Assembly: GCA_050008535.1 (NCBI GenBank)
Contig: JBEKML010000001.1
Span: 327,050-391,049, forward strand
Length of the DNA: 64,000 bases
Direction of reading: 5' to 3'
Source: Minisyncoccia bacterium
GTDB taxonomy: Bacteria > Patescibacteriota > Minisyncoccia > UBA6257 > 2-01-FULL-56-20
Part shown: in pieces, positions 63,714 to 64,000 of the stretch
Layout of the letters: the number at the start of each line of letters is the position of its first letter
Position numbering within the stretch: position 1 is the stretch's first letter
Notes under the pieces: model-generated
Databases searched by the model: none
What the model was told of the DNA's origin: nothing
Seen by the model: the letters and a program-made list of their open reading frames with translations, nothing else
Made by a program: the position numbers and the translations under genes

Positions 63714-64000
63714 TTATTTCAAATAATTGTTTATTTTTTCCGCCAGCTCGAGCGGGTCGAATGGCCGCGCGTTGTACTGGAGAATCTTTTTGTCTATCCG
63801 CACCCCCGTCTTTTCGCGGATGAGCGCGGCGAGCTGCGCCGTGCGGTTCGTTTCCACGTCAATGATCGTTTTCGCGCCGCCCAATTCCGCCGCAACCCTT
63901 TCAGCGTCAAAGGGTTCCATCCAGACGATCTGCAAAAGTTTTACGGGTTTTGCGAGGTACTTCGCCGCCTCAAGCACGGCGCCCTTCGTGGATCCCCAGA
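63714..64000 (-). CDS. 2-oxoacid:ferredoxin oxidoreductase alpha subunit, C-terminal part only (gene continues beyond window end)
   Basis: The ORF is open to the window edge, immediately upstream of and co-oriented with the beta subunit. Partial only. Confidence 0.55.
   Translation of the reverse strand, partial: WGSTKGAVLEAAKYLAKPVKLLQIVWMEPFDAERVAAELGGAKTIIDVETNRTAQLAALIREKTGVRIDKKILQYNARPFDPLELAEKINNYLK

Noticed and set aside
1-64000. CRISPR arrays, rRNA genes, and tyrosine integrases next to the tRNA-Val/Ile and tRNA-Leu loci
   Set aside because: Looked for evenly spaced short direct repeats, rRNA-like conserved stretches, and integrase ORFs flanking the tRNA-associated repeats. None were found. 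The only recombinase in the window is the serine recombinase at 245-1579.

Overview
The window is a 64-kb chromosomal segment of a GC-rich (about 58-60% by eye), gene-dense bacterium. Its gene content hints at a small-genome fermentative lineage, possibly Patescibacteria/CPR-like. The hints are a short IF-2 and a short RelA/SpoT, a type IV pilus locus with DprA, GH130 phosphorylase-like genes, an ADP-forming acetyl-CoA synthetase with 2-oxoacid:ferredoxin oxidoreductase, and few biosynthetic genes. This is inference only. Housekeeping genes recognised from motifs: infB, rbfA, parA/parB, relA/spoT, topA, dprA, rluA-family, pth, lepB, hisS, HIT, rpsU, yqeY, ybeY, ftsA, xth, ftsZ, rmuC, an RRM RNA-binding protein, a MutY-like glycosylase and a nifS-nifU-nfu-ferredoxin Fe-S cluster. 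Six tRNAs are present (Ser-GCU, Cys-GCA, Leu-UAA, Leu-CAA, Val-GAC, Ile-GAU). Accessory content: (1) at the left edge, a large serine recombinase plus two AT-rich unknown genes abutting tRNA-Ser, likely a partial integrated element; (2) tRNA-flanking structured or repeat elements (a 152-nt element with about 30-bp terminal inverted repeats, and an 18-bp direct repeat of the tRNA-Ile 3' end); (3) a type IV pilus/competence locus with a 1250-aa FN3/LamG-like secreted protein; (4) secreted hydrolases (GH18, three GH130 domains, a lipase-like alpha/beta hydrolase); (5) most notably, a roughly 5.9-kb low-GC island (54930-60810) with a five-gene same-strand cassette: a 70-aa ORF, a GHKL/Bergerat-fold (MORC-like) ATPase, a 201-aa unknown, a Zn-ribbon/coiled-coil/PD-(D/E)xK nuclease, and an OLD-family ABC-ATPase/Toprim nuclease. 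To my knowledge that combination does not match a named defence system, so it is the best candidate here for an undescribed system. No CRISPR array and no rRNA were found. Many long antisense ORFs in the track are artefacts of the high GC.
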